DNA of 64,000 nt, taken from the NCBI GenBank assembly GCA_002633005.1, contig NMRA01000415.1, positions 124,001 through 188,000 of the forward strand. The letters run 5' to 3'. This document shows, piece after piece, positions 49,024 to 61,679 of this stretch (positions are counted from its first letter, which is position 1; the number at the start of each line of letters is the position of its first letter). Position numbers and translations under genes: made by a program. This DNA is from Phoronis australis. Lineage: Eukaryota; Animalia; Phoronida. Below the pieces are notes generated by a model that was given only the letters and a program-made list of their open reading frames with translations, made no database searches and was not told where the DNA came from.

Positions 49024-51660
49024 CTAATGCCTTCTAGGTAGAGGGGTGTCATCAATGGCTGGACAAGAATCCGGACCTACTTGAACATTACCTCGCCTAT
49101 TTAAAGCCAACTCTCCTACTGTTCTAAGTTCAGTCATGATTTGCTGCACTTGACGAACTGTTGGGTTGTCGTTTGCCCCACCTTTGTGGCGATAATGCCC
49201 AAAGTGTTGCTCCAAGGGGTCCTGATTAAAAGCAGAGGTTAATACAAATGGGGCACCACTGTTCAACAAAAACACAGTCAATTCACAAATGGATCGAACA
49301 CTTAACTCTATACCCTCCAGAGTTTGATTACTCAGAAGCATTTTTGCTTTTTCAGCCTTGCTTAGACCAGGAACATTATTTACTGTTTCACGCCACTGTC
49401 GAAAGTAACCAAGACAATCGTTCAATAGCCACCTTAACCTGTCATCATTCACACTTCTATATGCATCAACCTGTGGGTTGCGACTCCTGACACCTTCATC
49501 TAAATTTTTCGTGTTCAGACAGTCAAATAACTTATTCATTATAGAGATAAATTGCACGGTTTTACTAACTTCTGCACCATAGTAAAATTCTAACGCCTTG
49601 GCAACAGTGGCACTCAAAATCTGAGCAGCTAAATTCACCTTCATTCTGGAAAAGGGTGTGAGATACACATGAGTTCTGGTTAACTTGGGGCATAACGTAT
49701 ACAGATTATTTTCACAGTGCTCTTCAAAGAGCCTAACAATATGACGCCATGTTATTTCTTGCCCATTCCACAAGTTTCTTGATCTGATATGGCCACCTGA
49801 ATTGCTGAAACAGTTGCGAGAAGTTTTCAGCAGGTGAGGTGGGTCTGATATGAAATATAGAAAATAATGATCAGGAGACACGGGATTTAAACATTTGTAA
49901 ATAACTCTATCAAGGTGATGATCAGCCCTAACCCTATGTAAATGAAAAAATTTCCTGTTGGGAGAGGCCCCATCACATGTTATAAATATCACCCGAAGGT
50001 CAAGGTCAACTTCCAATACCTCTATGGCCTTCCATATTATAGGGTATAAAAAGTAGCTAGAAATCCCATCAGTGGCATAATTAGCTAAAGGAAACTTCAA
50101 GCCAGAAGTGGCACCCCTAACCATAACAACGAGAACATAGCGAGCAACAGTAGCTGCCTGATTTTTTAGTGTGTCCCTAAGCTCCTGCAGTTGATTTCCT
50201 ACACTATCAAGGTCCACATATCCTATTAACTCCCCACTATGTTTGTCGTAAACCAGGTCATCCTGTACCTTAACCTCATCTTGTAAAATTCCGACAAACC
50301 GCTTATGAGGCACGTCATAACACCCCTGTTTCTTACACGCATTCTTTAAAAGGCCAAGCACGTCGGGTAGTATTCCACACCCACTTACAGTAAAATGACT
50401 GTAATCATATAAGGTGCGCGAACACGGCAGAGAAATAAATCCACTCGACCTCATGGCTTCATAAGCCTTACTCGACTTGGAACGCAAGTACAAACACCAG
50501 CGTACTATCATGGGGTGCCAACGCATCCCCTTACCCTTATTGGTCTTATTGTACTTAACTTGCTGCTCCCAAAACAGCCGCTGAAAGCTATCGTTTTCCG
50601 GGAAGGCAGACTCCACCTCGCCCTGGTGGTCACTAACCATACTAAACAATTGAAAACTGTCAGTCTCAGGTAAAACTAAACCCTGAACTTGAATCAAAGC
50701 ATCTATCTGCTTTCGCAAACTCTCCACTTCATGATGTAACTGAGTTCGTATTTTCTTGCTTTCGGCAAGTTTTTGCTTAAGTTCTTTTGGTGTCATATAG
50801 CTCTCCCTTTTTCGACTTGAGATTAAGCCCTCTGACGGAGCATTACGACTTCCAGTAGTACACCTAGAGAGGGATTTGCGCAGAGTGGCACTATACAGCC
50901 TACACCTAGAACATCTTTGGCCTTGCCAGACAAGAAGTTCACAAGCTACATGTCTAATTGTTGATTGACAATTATACATTTCCCGATAGGCCTGAATTGA
51001 CGGTGCCTCACTACCTGATATACCACACCCAACAGGAACTAAGAACTGGAAGTCCTCCCTATCGTTACCACGACACACCTCAAACATAGACAATCTATTG
51101 AGTAACCTACTTATATCACGGACAGACTTATATAATTTGGGTAAGCCAGTCCAAAAATCACTAGAACCAGGCAACATTTTTGTGTGAACATTCACATGTG
51201 CAGAAAAATCTCTATGTATAGTCACTGAGACGTTCACAGAGGGGTTGATACTTTCAATCAGACTGACATACTGTATACAACTATACTTCGAGTAGTAAAA
51301 ATAGCCCTCTGGTGGCTCAAGGTTTTTCACACACTCTCTCAGTTTTTCATAAGCGGAGTCCTTGTACAAAACATCAGTGTCTGTGTCTGGACTTACGAGA
51401 ACTGGGCCACTGTCCAAGATTACATAAAACTCGTCTGCATGATGACCATCAAGGTCCATCTTTTCTTCATGGACGTACCCACTGCCAACATCATTGAAAT
51501 TGGGAATTTCCCAAAACGATGAACCAACTGAAGGATGTGGCAACTGTTCGGGTGGCAGACTCACACATGAATACGGATGTTCAGCATGTCTCGTGACCAC
51601 TCTTCCTTTTTTTCTCCTTACTGCGATGCCAAACTTTTTACGTTTTGGCGGTTTTGGCAT
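49024..51660 (-). CDS. P-element/THAP9-like transposase, uninterrupted (878 aa from the first ATG)
   Basis: GMRWHP...S.KAYE..R..G...LP..RTL; DEVKV (D); CDGASPNR (D); SDPPHLLKTSRN; RMKVNLAAQILS; FNQDPLEQHFG..R..GG.N.NP (E). Basic NLS-like N-terminus; no THAP finger seen. Confidence 0.93.
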   Translation of the reverse strand: MPKPPKRKKFGIAVRRKKGRVVTRHAEHPYSCVSLPPEQLPHPSVGSSFWEIPNFNDVGSGYVHEEKMDLDGHHADEFYVILDSGPVLVSPDTDTDVLYKDSAYEKLRECVKNLEPPEGYFYYSKYSCIQYVSLIESINPSVNVSVTIHRDFSAHVNVHTKMLPGSSDFWTGLPKLYKSVRDISRLLNRLSMFEVCRGNDREDFQFLVPVGCGISGSEAPSIQAYREMYNCQSTIRHVACELLVWQGQRCSRCRLYSATLRKSLSRCTTGSRNAPSEGLISSRKRESYMTPKELKQKLAESKKIRTQLHHEVESLRKQIDALIQVQGLVLPETDSFQLFSMVSDHQGEVESAFPENDSFQRLFWEQQVKYNKTNKGKGMRWHPMIVRWCLYLRSKSSKAYEAMRSSGFISLPCSRTLYDYSHFTVSGCGILPDVLGLLKNACKKQGCYDVPHKRFVGILQDEVKVQDDLVYDKHSGELIGYVDLDSVGNQLQELRDTLKNQAATVARYVLVVMVRGATSGLKFPLANYATDGISSYFLYPIIWKAIEVLEVDLDLRVIFITCDGASPNRKFFHLHRVRADHHLDRVIYKCLNPVSPDHYFLYFISDPPHLLKTSRNCFSNSGGHIRSRNLWNGQEITWRHIVRLFEEHCENNLYTLCPKLTRTHVYLTPFSRMKVNLAAQILSATVAKALEFYYGAEVSKTVQFISIMNKLFDCLNTKNLDEGVRSRNPQVDAYRSVNDDRLRWLLNDCLGYFRQWRETVNNVPGLSKAEKAKMLLSNQTLEGIELSVRSICELTVFLLNSGAPFVLTSAFNQDPLEQHFGHYRHKGGANDNPTVRQVQQIMTELRTVGELALNRRGNVQVGPDSCPAIDDTPLPRRH

Positions 51661-53233
51661 CTTCTGAAACACAGAATGTTGCAATATGTGAAGTCTCTTC
51701 AAAATATTGATCTTTATGTCAAACAGTCACTTTTACATAACTTTTCAATACTTAAAAGTAGACCCATAAAACTATACATTTTGAAATCCTTGAGGATCCT
51801 CAGGGATTTGAAAAATATACATTTTGTGGGTCTATTATCAGGGCTCGATGCTATAAAAATCAGTCCCGGGTAATATCATCAAGGCCTAGGATCTTTCATA
51901 ACCGCCGGGAATCTATTTAGATCTTTTACGATAAAGAACGAGATGCACAATTCCAAGTCACGGTCGTCTGCCGGGAGTGTGGCTTGTGCGCTAACAACGG
52001 CACCGACCAGTGCCGCAGAGCAACATGAGGGATTTTGTCGTGGATATTTGATAATAAGGACATCTTACTTGAAAAATAAATTTATTTTCCATCACAAAGT
52101 TTGTCAAGTTTGATTGTCTAGGACTTAGTAGAAACACCTGTCCTTTTATCAAACATTATGCTGTGGTCCGAAACTCTCTTCGGCACAGCCAGAAATTTGC
52201 AAAAGTAGCCAAAAATGAAATGCGTTGAAGATCAATTCTGCAGTATCCCATGTTCACGCGACATGCTTATAAGTCATCAGGTGGGCTTTTCTTGGTTAAT
52301 GTTCTTTTGAATTTGATTTGGCAACAACCAAATAATGGTCGGATTCATGCAAGTTACTATATACCTGCCAAGAAGTGTATGTTGGAAATTCTAGGTTGCA
52401 TTTTACAACTTGATACGACATGGCAAAATCTCAGCTTGAATTTCCAAATTTCAGATCGCAAATGCGACCAGCTGGTCATTATGTCAAGTCCTGATTATTA
52501 ATAATTGAAGTTATACAAGAAATTGGATCCTTATTAATGAACATAGGCAGTAACTTTAAGGACATTCACAACTGACAGTAAAATCAAACCGCTCAGAATG
52601 GAGGTGATTGAATAAAGCTGCAACAATAAAGCCAAGAAAAACTTACCTTATTAAGCCCAAGTCAAACAGAACCTTAGTTTCCCCAATTTTCCCCACTTCT
52701 TGAGAGCTAAAGTATTTTGATTCTGAAACAAATATTTAAATTCAGAACAATAATATACAGTTTGGTTTGCAGCAGCTAGCAGCTGACCTACATTCGAATT
52801 ACAATAAAGTCGACAATAGAGTAACAGTCAGCACTTGGTGGTCTGTGACCAGCGGCAGATGTAGGCGGCCATCTTGGATTTCAATCACATTATTTCCTTA
52901 AACTTTTTTGAAGTTTTTATCAACTAATTAAGATTTTTTGTGATAAAACGGCTCCGTCACACCAAAATATCAATATCACTTTAACTGAAATTGCATAAAT
53001 ATGACACTCAACAACGCAAACGAATTTCTGAATAATGTTACAAAATTCACGATTTCCGTGTTGATACAGACGCAGTTAAGGCATTTACAATCAATTCCAA
53101 TATTACGCGCATTTTTTATCTTCGTTTGTAGGAAAAAAACGAAAACAATAAAAAAATGGACTTCGTCACACAGTAAAACAAAGTCAACTGTTCACGATAT
53201 TGGTTATTTCAATNNNNNNNNNNNNNNNNNNNN

Positions 53234-54571
53234 CCTTCGAAACATATTCTAGAAAAACTGAACTTAGTGTACGTTTTTAAATTCCTCTGGCAAGGTCGCA
53301 GTGACAAGATTACGAGCGCTCCCGAGCTGTTTGTAATTATAATGAAGGAGGTATCAGAAGGATTAACATATTTTCATTCTGTCAGGCTTTAAAGATTAAC
53401 ATGTTAACAAAATTTGTAAACGGTCAGTCAGGCTGCCTGTTTGTTTCATTTGATTTTTCCTGAATTTAGAAATTTCGCAAAGCATGGAGTTGACTTTCCC
53501 AAGATAAAGTTGCCCATTGACAATCACTTCTGGAAAGATTTTTTTTGAATGTGTAATCTCCTTTGGAAATTGTTTGAAGATCAAAAATCAGATAGATTTT
53601 CTTAACCAACCTTTATGGTTTAGCAGTGATCTACAGGCAGGATCAAAAAGTATTTTCTACAGGAACTAATGCAATAGAGGCATAGTCTTTATAAAGGACT
53701 TGTTTTCCCCATACGGTAACATTTTGAACTATAGATCTATTGTGGATGTTTTAGGTATCAAAATGAACTTTATGGAGTACATGCCCTGATAGTCTAATTT
53801 CAGTGATATTTAAGTACAAACAGAAATGTGCTACTGATAGAGTTGTTAGTTTTGATGCGTATTGTCCTGTTATGCCTACGATTTTAATGAAACTGAAAAG
53901 TGGTGAGAGAGGGTGTCAACATACCTGTACACAATTAAATTATAGTTCCGAAGTTTCAAAAGCGGAGTCACAATGGACCAACGAACTGAAAGTAAACACA
54001 ACTAATTTTTCACGGGAAGAGTGTTTAACACGAACAACAAGAGACCCACGAATTAGGTGGCTTCGGTTCTTGATGAGAATTTTGACTACTAACTCATTTT
54101 CAAAAATAATTCAAGTTACGGATGACCACTCTTGTTCCTTTTGTGGACAATCGAAAGAGACTTTGAAACACTTAGTATTCAAATAGTAGGCAATTGGGCC
54201 GTCAAACAGTTGGACAAAAGTTAATAACGAAATTCTAAACAAATTAAGCAAATCCCCAGTGTGTCGGCACTCTATTCTGCAACAACGTTATTTTTGGCTT
54301 TTTTGATAAAAAAGAAAAATTTAAAAACATTGTTTTATTATTCGGGGTAAACAGTTTATGATACCCAAAAGGCGGGGGGGTGCGAGGGGAGAGACCCGAA
54401 GGCGCCTTTAATTGTCCGAGAGCAAACCGTTATGCCAAAGCATAGGGCTCGGAGGATTCGTGGTGATCAGGCGATACATATATAGATCAAGAAACATGTA
54501 TAATAAATTGTTAGCATATAGAAATGTCTATCCCGTCCTGATGAGACAACGTGGTACTGCCTGGGTGATTT
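53234..54571 (+). repeat. Duplicate of 44575-45914 (L1/Tx1 relic plus flank); probably the alternative haplotype
   Basis: High identity with scattered SNPs and indels; starts directly after the 20-N gap (53214-53233). Confidence 0.9.
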
Positions 54572-54695
54572 GCACCAGCTGGCCCCGCGTGGCAGGAAAT
54601 CATCGCGTTATCTGCTGACCTGATGTTCTTTTGTTGCTCCGTTGTGGCGGAAGCTGACCAACCTTTGACCTCACTTGTTGACTTATTTAGACACA

Positions 54696-54860
54696 ATGTG
54701 GTCGACACGAAAACCCAGACCTTTCTCATTGTTTCTCAGTGTTTTCCTTACATTTTGCGCTCTTGATCCGACTTCTGGGTACAAACCAGTTATCTACATG
54801 CATGGAATTCTAGCATCAGGACATAAAGAAGGAAACCCGTTTACAGATATGGTTGTACAG
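54696..54860 (+). CDS. PPT2: PPT2-like thioesterase, first coding exon A
   Basis: Signal peptide followed by YKPVIYMHGI (cf. PPT2 YKPVIVVHGL); phase-0 donor cag|gtactt. Confidence 0.85.
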
Positions 54861-57800
54861 GTACTTCATTAAATTTGTTTCTCACTACTGATAGCGAACA
54901 GTTTCACACAGTCACAGGTGATGATGGTTTACCGTATAGGTTCTAAGATACTAAGCTGCTGGAGTTTTATGAATATCCTTCCTCCAACTGAAGTGGGTTG
55001 CTCTATCTGACCCCAGTAGACTGCTTGGAGCAGCTAGAGACGGCGGTTACTGTCTACTCTGAACGATGAACTCAGTAAACGAGGTGTCTCCAGTAGGCCT
55101 AGGCCAAGGGTTATTCTTGGTAAGTTAGAGTTAGAGTGACCAATCACCAATGTCTTCTAGTCTAGGTAGCCCAGGCATTAGAGGTGGTATAGTTGCTATA
55201 GGAGCTTCATACGCGTGAGGTTTTCAGCGAAGTATGCCTCACACTGACACATAGGGGGACACCTGGCTTAATTAGGAGGCCGTCGATGTCTTTAATTCCT
55301 TCCAGCTCGCACAAATACTCCTGTTATCAAACTTTTTCTTCAAGCAGTCCTTCGTTCAGTTCCTAAAATCTATATCTTGCCATTTTTAACAGGTGGTGTG
55401 ACGTCATACCACCTGGTGGCCACTGCTTGGGTAATCACTCACCCCCAACTTAAGTTTTGCCAATTTTCGGTTTAAGCGCCCGCTGCTTGGGTAATCGTCC
55501 ACCCCCTGTCTCAGGGTTTCCGAATTTAAGCACCCAGGGCATTAATCCACGAGTTTACGGTATGTTCTCTCTACAACGGAAAATTCAGACTTGATGGGAA
55601 TCATAAATTCATGGACATATAATTGGTATTAAGTCCTTATTCATGCCATGAAGGATTAATTGTAAAGTCATGAAACGTATGACTACTGAACTCACCAGCA
55701 GACACTAGGTGCCAAACTATTTGGAGCACCGAGTTTTTCAATAGCCCTGAATTTCCCCTCGAAGGTTATTGTTATCTGCTTGGGAGTCGACTTCAGGTAC
55801 AACAAGTCATGTGACTTTCAAACTGGAGAGTGCATTGGCTGTGTGACTGTATTGAATTTCACACGAATGCACATGAAGTTTATCTCCGAGGCCCAAAATT
55901 TCAAGCTAAAGGAAAATATATGAGGTGTGATCTGAATGGTGTTGAAGCGGTTTTTCAAATCTACAAGATCAAACTCGTTTTCAAATTGAGTTTTCAAAAA
56001 TATGGCGGGTGGGCTGAACTCAATGGTTACAACCAAAATTTAAACTCGTTACTGTGACGACAGGCTGTAGAGAGTACTGCATGTTTCTAACTTGAGCTCC
56101 AAATCCCAGTTTGAATTGGTACATGGTAATTTTCCACTTACCACAGAAATTTTTTTGCCAAATTGTCATTCCTTTCTAGTTTTCAAAGTCCAATTACTTT
56201 GCTGAAAATGATTGGAAACCTTGCCAATTGTTAATAATTTTATGGCATGTACACGACACAGTACAAAACATGGTGAAACATGCTGCCTTTACTACAAATT
56301 TGTTACCTTTATTTTTATGGAGACATTTGAATCTCACTTGTGATCTTTATCACTGGTAATTGCGTGCTGACTGATACTTCCGGCTTTGACTGTCTACTGT
56401 ATTGTGTTTGTGGTGCACTTCTGAAAATGAAACCATCAATAGATGATCTAAACTGGAACAAGGAAGTTTGAAGAAAGTATACAGTGTAGTTATTCATCCA
56501 GGAGGGGTTGCTCAGTTTTCATCAGGGATTAGGGATTCCTACGTTTTTTATGTTTAATATCCTTTAAAACAAAGTGGTCGTTATATGCAATCCTGAGGCT
56601 ATGAAGTGGACACAGTACAATCCGAGATTTAAATAAGCTATCATCCCGTCATGGTGCGTGGAAGATTTCTATGCATAATAGGTACCTTTTGCTTAAACTG
56701 AAACTATTTTAGTGAATTTCTGAGACGCCTTAATAGGAATTTCAGAGGTTTGTTGCGTTCAGGCATTTCGACCGTTCTGAAGAAGTTAAGTGGCTATTCT
56801 TGGGCAGTCTGCTTTGATCGCTGGTTTCTTGCGTGCCGCTAGGTGGTCAGTAGTCAGCAAGCAGGTTAATTTTCCTCAGGAAATTTTTTTACACTGGCAT
56901 TTCTGATTGGCTAGTCGAATTCTCAACAGGCAGCGCTTTACGCAAACAAACTGGCATGACTGATGGACTGAAGAGTAAATGTGGTCAAGAGTAAATGTGG
57001 TCTGTTGTACAGACAAATCGGTGCATAAAATTTATGTTCAGGAAATGTGAATCCTAGAAATTGTGGTTGCGCCTTTTCGGAGTGCATCTTTCTACTTTTG
57101 TTGATGATACTGTCCTGTATTCATTCAGTGTGAATAACACACGGGTCAAATCGGCGAGATATGTGTTAATTGTGCATATATGTGCTTCAAGCACGCGGCT
57201 ATTAAACATTACTGCAGAAACAAAATAGTTGCTGCAACGCCACTTGCATGACAGGGCTGAAAATCGTTCACACTCCGCCATTTTCTCATGGTGCTTTAAG
57301 CTAACCAATGACTGCTGAGGTTACATCAACCAATGCTAAAGCGCGTGCCACTGCGTGATACCTGGTGCTGGCTAGGCACGTAGGGAACCAGTGAGTCTGC
57401 TTTGGTGAAACTGCATTATGGGAAGTTGAATCGTTCAGCCGCTATGTTCTTTTTTTTAAATTTATTTTCATTTCATTCATCCTGGTACGTTGATGGACAC
57501 TCTAATTGTAGCCGCACTAGCCAGTAAGATATTTCCTGTCTGCATTATGTACCTATAAAAGTCACAAGGAGTCTTTGTATCAAATTTCTTAACTTTACAA
57601 GTCATAATGTTGGCTTGTGTGACTATAATAACTAGTGTCAACAGTTTGTTCTTGGAGTAGTAAGCTCTGTTGCTTGCGCTTGTGGGGTACCACCAAACAT
57701 TCAAGATCCAGATCACGCTTATGGCTGGTAAAATAAAAAATGGTTACAATAAACCGTATGATTAGCAAGTTCCACTCGGCACAATTACATTTGGAGGGTA

Positions 57801-58583
57801 TTCATTGTAGGATTGTTCCATCGAGACGCGTTGTTTTATTATTTGCAATTTTTTATTTAAATTTGGGACACATGTTCACCATTTTGATATAAATTCGGAG
57901 TATCAGCTCAGACTAAGTGGGTACAAAATAGGATGGGTGATTACAATTTTTGCTCAGCATAAATTTCTGTTTGTACATTCTGCACAGTATACGGTGACAA
58001 GATTTTTAAAAGTCTTTACACTGCAGAAGAACCAGGTATGATTTGCATATACCCTTTTTCCAGATGGGGTGTAAATGTCGGTCATGTTTTAATTCGCCCT
58101 TCGATAGGTATAGATGTGCGATTCAATTCTAGCTCTTGGCATAAACACAGGTTGCATGTTTTCATTTTGACCTGGTATAAATATCGTCCCATATTTGGAA
58201 CCTCAACAACAACACCCACCCCTCCACAAATTATAAAAGCGGATTCTCCATGGCTCTACTCCTTTTGTCTGGTCAACCTTTATTTTGTTTATCTGCCCAC
58301 AACCAGACACCACTATACCACAAGGGGTCAGCACTCAACACCCACTCAGTTGACAAAACGTCCGAGTCAACTCCTCCTGTGACAAAGTGCCCCCCTCCAG
58401 GTTTTATCACTTTGTGTTGTGAATGAATTAACCCTGGTCCTGAATCTTGTTCATGTAATGACAAAAGAGCAAATCATGGCTTGTTCAGGGGTTTGAATAC
58501 TGAAACCAGGAAGTGAAGTCTGGTTTCATTACTGTAGTATACATAACTTGTCTAGTTCCTGATTGAACCATTTCACAGGCACG

Positions 58584-58733
58584 ATGATGCCAGCAAAGCA
58601 CATCGCTGTGCTCCTTCTTCTTGTTTGTTCCGAGTTGTCTCTGCAGGGGTTGTGTGCGAGAAATGTAATTTACATGCATGGACTCTTCAGCAACGCCAGG
58701 GAGGGACGAATATTTAGAAAAATGGTGGAGAAA
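58584..58733 (+). CDS. PPT2: PPT2-like thioesterase, first coding exon B
   Basis: Signal peptide followed by RNVIYMHGLF; phase-0 donor aaa|gttagt. Confidence 0.83.
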
Positions 58734-59989
58734 GTTAGTGTGACATTTTATTACATTTGGAGAAGTTTCTTCTTATGGGCTTCAATTAGAAAAATGCATG
58801 ATTCCTTTAAATTTGAATTGTTGATAGTGATTCTTGGTAAGTAGGTACTAGTCCTTGCTGTGATCAAATGGTGTCGCTGGAATATCTCACAAATTTAGGA
58901 CACCATGTGACAGACAATTGAAATTTTACTTACCTTAAAGTCTTACCATTATTTAAGACACATTGTGGCTGACAAATGAAATTTTGTTTGCTCATTTTTC
59001 CATCGGAAGGTATGTAGCACCAAATGGAAGGTTTTCCATGTTTGTGTTTTGTGCCGTCACGACCAGTATCACCTGATGTTTTGAGAAAATTTGGACATTC
59101 ACAGCAATGTTAGAAGACGTTGAAAATGAAAAAAGGCAGTATTTTTGTCCAAAATTGGTGAGATTTCCATAAAAGGTTAGGGATATTTCAAACCTTTGTT
59201 TTCAAAAATTGACTGTTTTTACAATATATCACATATGTCTAGCAAAATACCTTATTTTCATAACGTGTAGCGAAAAAAAATATTTAGCAGAAGAGTGAAG
59301 AGTTTAATAAATCACGGAAGACTTGGTGAAATCGCAAAAGAAAGTGGGTGTTTTAAAATTACAGAAATTTTGTTTTGAACTTTTGCCAATGCTCAGTTAG
59401 AAATTTTGACAACTTGTTTTTAAAACAAGATTAGTTTTACTATTTACAATTATTAATTTTTGCTAATTATTATTCATTATCGTTATTATTATCTTTCCAA
59501 AAACTTACAGTGAATTGAGACAAAAATAATCTCAGGAATTGTCTGTTTTTATTTTTGAAAACTTCTAAAAATGTAAGCTGTAGACTCAGCACTGCAGCCT
59601 GACATGGTAACTTTGGCACAGAAATGGAATCAGCTGTTGGCTCTGCTACGGAACCGAGAAGTGGTAAAGATGGATTTCCTTAGAAATTTTGCTATAAGAC
59701 AGAAAAACATGGATGCTGTAAAATTTTGCCAATTTCGGACAAAGGTAGTTCTCTTGACAAAATTTGTCGTTTTCAATTTTCTAAGGCTTCTAAGTACATT
59801 GTTATGAACGGAAAAATGGTAAAGTTTGAAAGTAATTTCTTTAGAAGTGAGGGTGCAAGACGAAAAAACATTCATGTTACTGTAAAGTTTTACTGATTCT
59901 GAACAAGAATAATTGACAAAATTTGTCTTTTTCATATTTCAAAGGCTTCTAACATTAGTCCCTTTAAGACATCAACTTTTGGCCGGGCG

Positions 59990-60315
59990 CAACTGACACG
60001 GAGCAAATTGACCCGTGTCAAGCGGCCGTTTATGCACACTTCTCAGTAAATGTGGCAAGACGGAAATTGCAGGATGGAGAGACTGGATCGCACATGCTCA
60101 GGTTTAGAAATGACGAGTGTTGCAGAGACAAAGAATATGTACGTAGGTCATTAGGCAAGCGCAGTAGAGATACTCCTTTCCGCCTTGCCCCATTTTCACG
60201 TTTAGACGACCGTGTAATTGACACTGAGCCAGATGTTCGGGCGCAAATTGTTCTACCTCACAAACGGGTGGCAAAATTTGTCACCGCTGTGTCAATTTGC
60301 TCCGTGTCAGTCCCG
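59990..60315. repeat. Inverted-repeat (MITE-like) element in a PPT2 intron
   Basis: actgacacggagcaaattgac (~59992) is reverse-complemented at ~60292-60312; true termini unclear. Confidence 0.55.
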
Positions 60316-60651
60316 TTTACACTCTGGAACAACTTGTTCAGTGTCAGCTGATCCGTGTCAGTTTTTGAAGTGTAAACGGCACTATAGTTATGAATGCCAA
60401 CCATTTCTCAAAATCGTCTGATGGTGGCAATGGTGTAGGTTTTTAATAATGGAAGGTATTTATCTGGTGCTACTTGTACATGTATTTTACGAAAAAATGA
60501 AATCCGATTTTTTTATATTTTTGGATTACCCTGTTTAACAGTCTTGCTTATTGATAACGATAAGATAAAACTTCACTTGTCCACCATGTTGTATGATCCT
60601 AAATTAGTAAGATTTTCTTTAGTTGTTAAATATTTAACAATTTCCTTTTAG

Positions 60652-60805
60652 TCTCACCCTGGGACAAACGTCACAGTTATTGATGCATTTAACGATGCCA
60701 GCAGTCTCGAATCTATCGCGAAACAGGTAGTGAAGATCATCCCTCTTATGCAAGAGGTAATGAAGGCCAGCAAAGATGGCGTCCATCTAGTCTGTTTTTC
60801 ACAAG
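60652..60805 (+). CDS. PPT2: PPT2-like exon 2 (catalytic Ser motif)
   Basis: [26 protein letters not shown]...[11 protein letters not shown]; acceptor ccttttag, donor g|gtaaag. Confidence 0.93.
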
Positions 60806-61449
60806 GTAAAGAGATATTTTGTCTCGATTTAGTTTTCATTATTACCGTACCAGCCTTGTAATTTGGGAGCTTCAAAAACGGGCTGGGATTGTACCGGGGT
60901 AGGCTCATATTCGTTGAATGCGTAAACCCGTGATCTGGTATCACGCTTCTTTCATTATTGCATGGGGTGCTAAAATTCAATCACGCAAGGCCTACAGGTT
61001 TCTAAAACATGCATGGATTAACGCATGAATTTGAGTATAAACTGCAAAACAGCTGAAATGGTTAGTTACAGTCTCCATGCAGTGTTGTGCAAATTGCTTT
61101 GTGTACACCTTATTATTTACCAAATAAAAATAGGGGTGGACTTACACTGAATAGGTGCTCGAAAATAAAAACTCAAAAGAGGATGGTCTTATTTCCAAGT
61201 GGTGCAGTGAATTTTGTATTGACAAATGCACCAAACTCTAAACTTGTCATTGTTCTTAAAAGTGAAATTTCTTAGAATTCAGAGATTAAAGTTTGGTCCA
61301 AATAGCATTAGTTGGTCACTGGTTTGGTCTGTACCCACACTTATTTTGAGGCCTGTGCTCACCAGCCAAAAAAACCCATGCTCACTTCAGTTTCAGTCAA
61401 GGTCCCTTGCAATTAATTTGTTTGGAGATGTTTCTCTCCTCTTCTACAG

Positions 61450-61545
61450 GTGGCGTTATCTGCAGGGCTGTACTACAGATGATGCCAGACCATAACGTTC
61501 ACAACTTCATCGCTCTAAGTTCGCCGCTGGCTGGGCAGTTTGGGT
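61450..61545 (+). CDS. PPT2: PPT2-like exon 3; gene continues beyond the window
   Basis: [31 protein letters not shown]; exact donor uncertain by a few nt. Confidence 0.92.
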
Positions 61546-61679
61546 GTAGGTATTAAAAAAATATGACAATAGTCACTTATAAGGGTTCCGGATTTTGAGA
61601 ACCAGTTCTGTGCCTGCTATTCAGTGGGAAAAACTGGTTTTCAAAATCCAGAACCAGTGCAAAATTAACTTACAGTATG

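Larger units (their letters stand above)
45915..53213. mobile_element. Putative two-gene P-superfamily DNA transposon; right end lost in an assembly gap
   Basis: The left edge is where copy 44575-45914 diverges from copy 53234-54571. Candidate terminus CATAGGGAG at 45929. Contains two intact convergent genes. No paired TIR found. Confidence 0.65.

Noticed and set aside
51660-51702. N-terminal extension of the transposase in the ORF track
   Set aside because: It begins at a non-ATG codon; the eukaryotic start is more likely ATG 51660. An upstream THAP exon was looked for and not found, but is not excluded.
45929-53213. Paired terminal inverted repeats for the P-like element
   Set aside because: No reverse complement of the left end was found before the gap; the only ctccctat match noticed is inside the transposase ORF.
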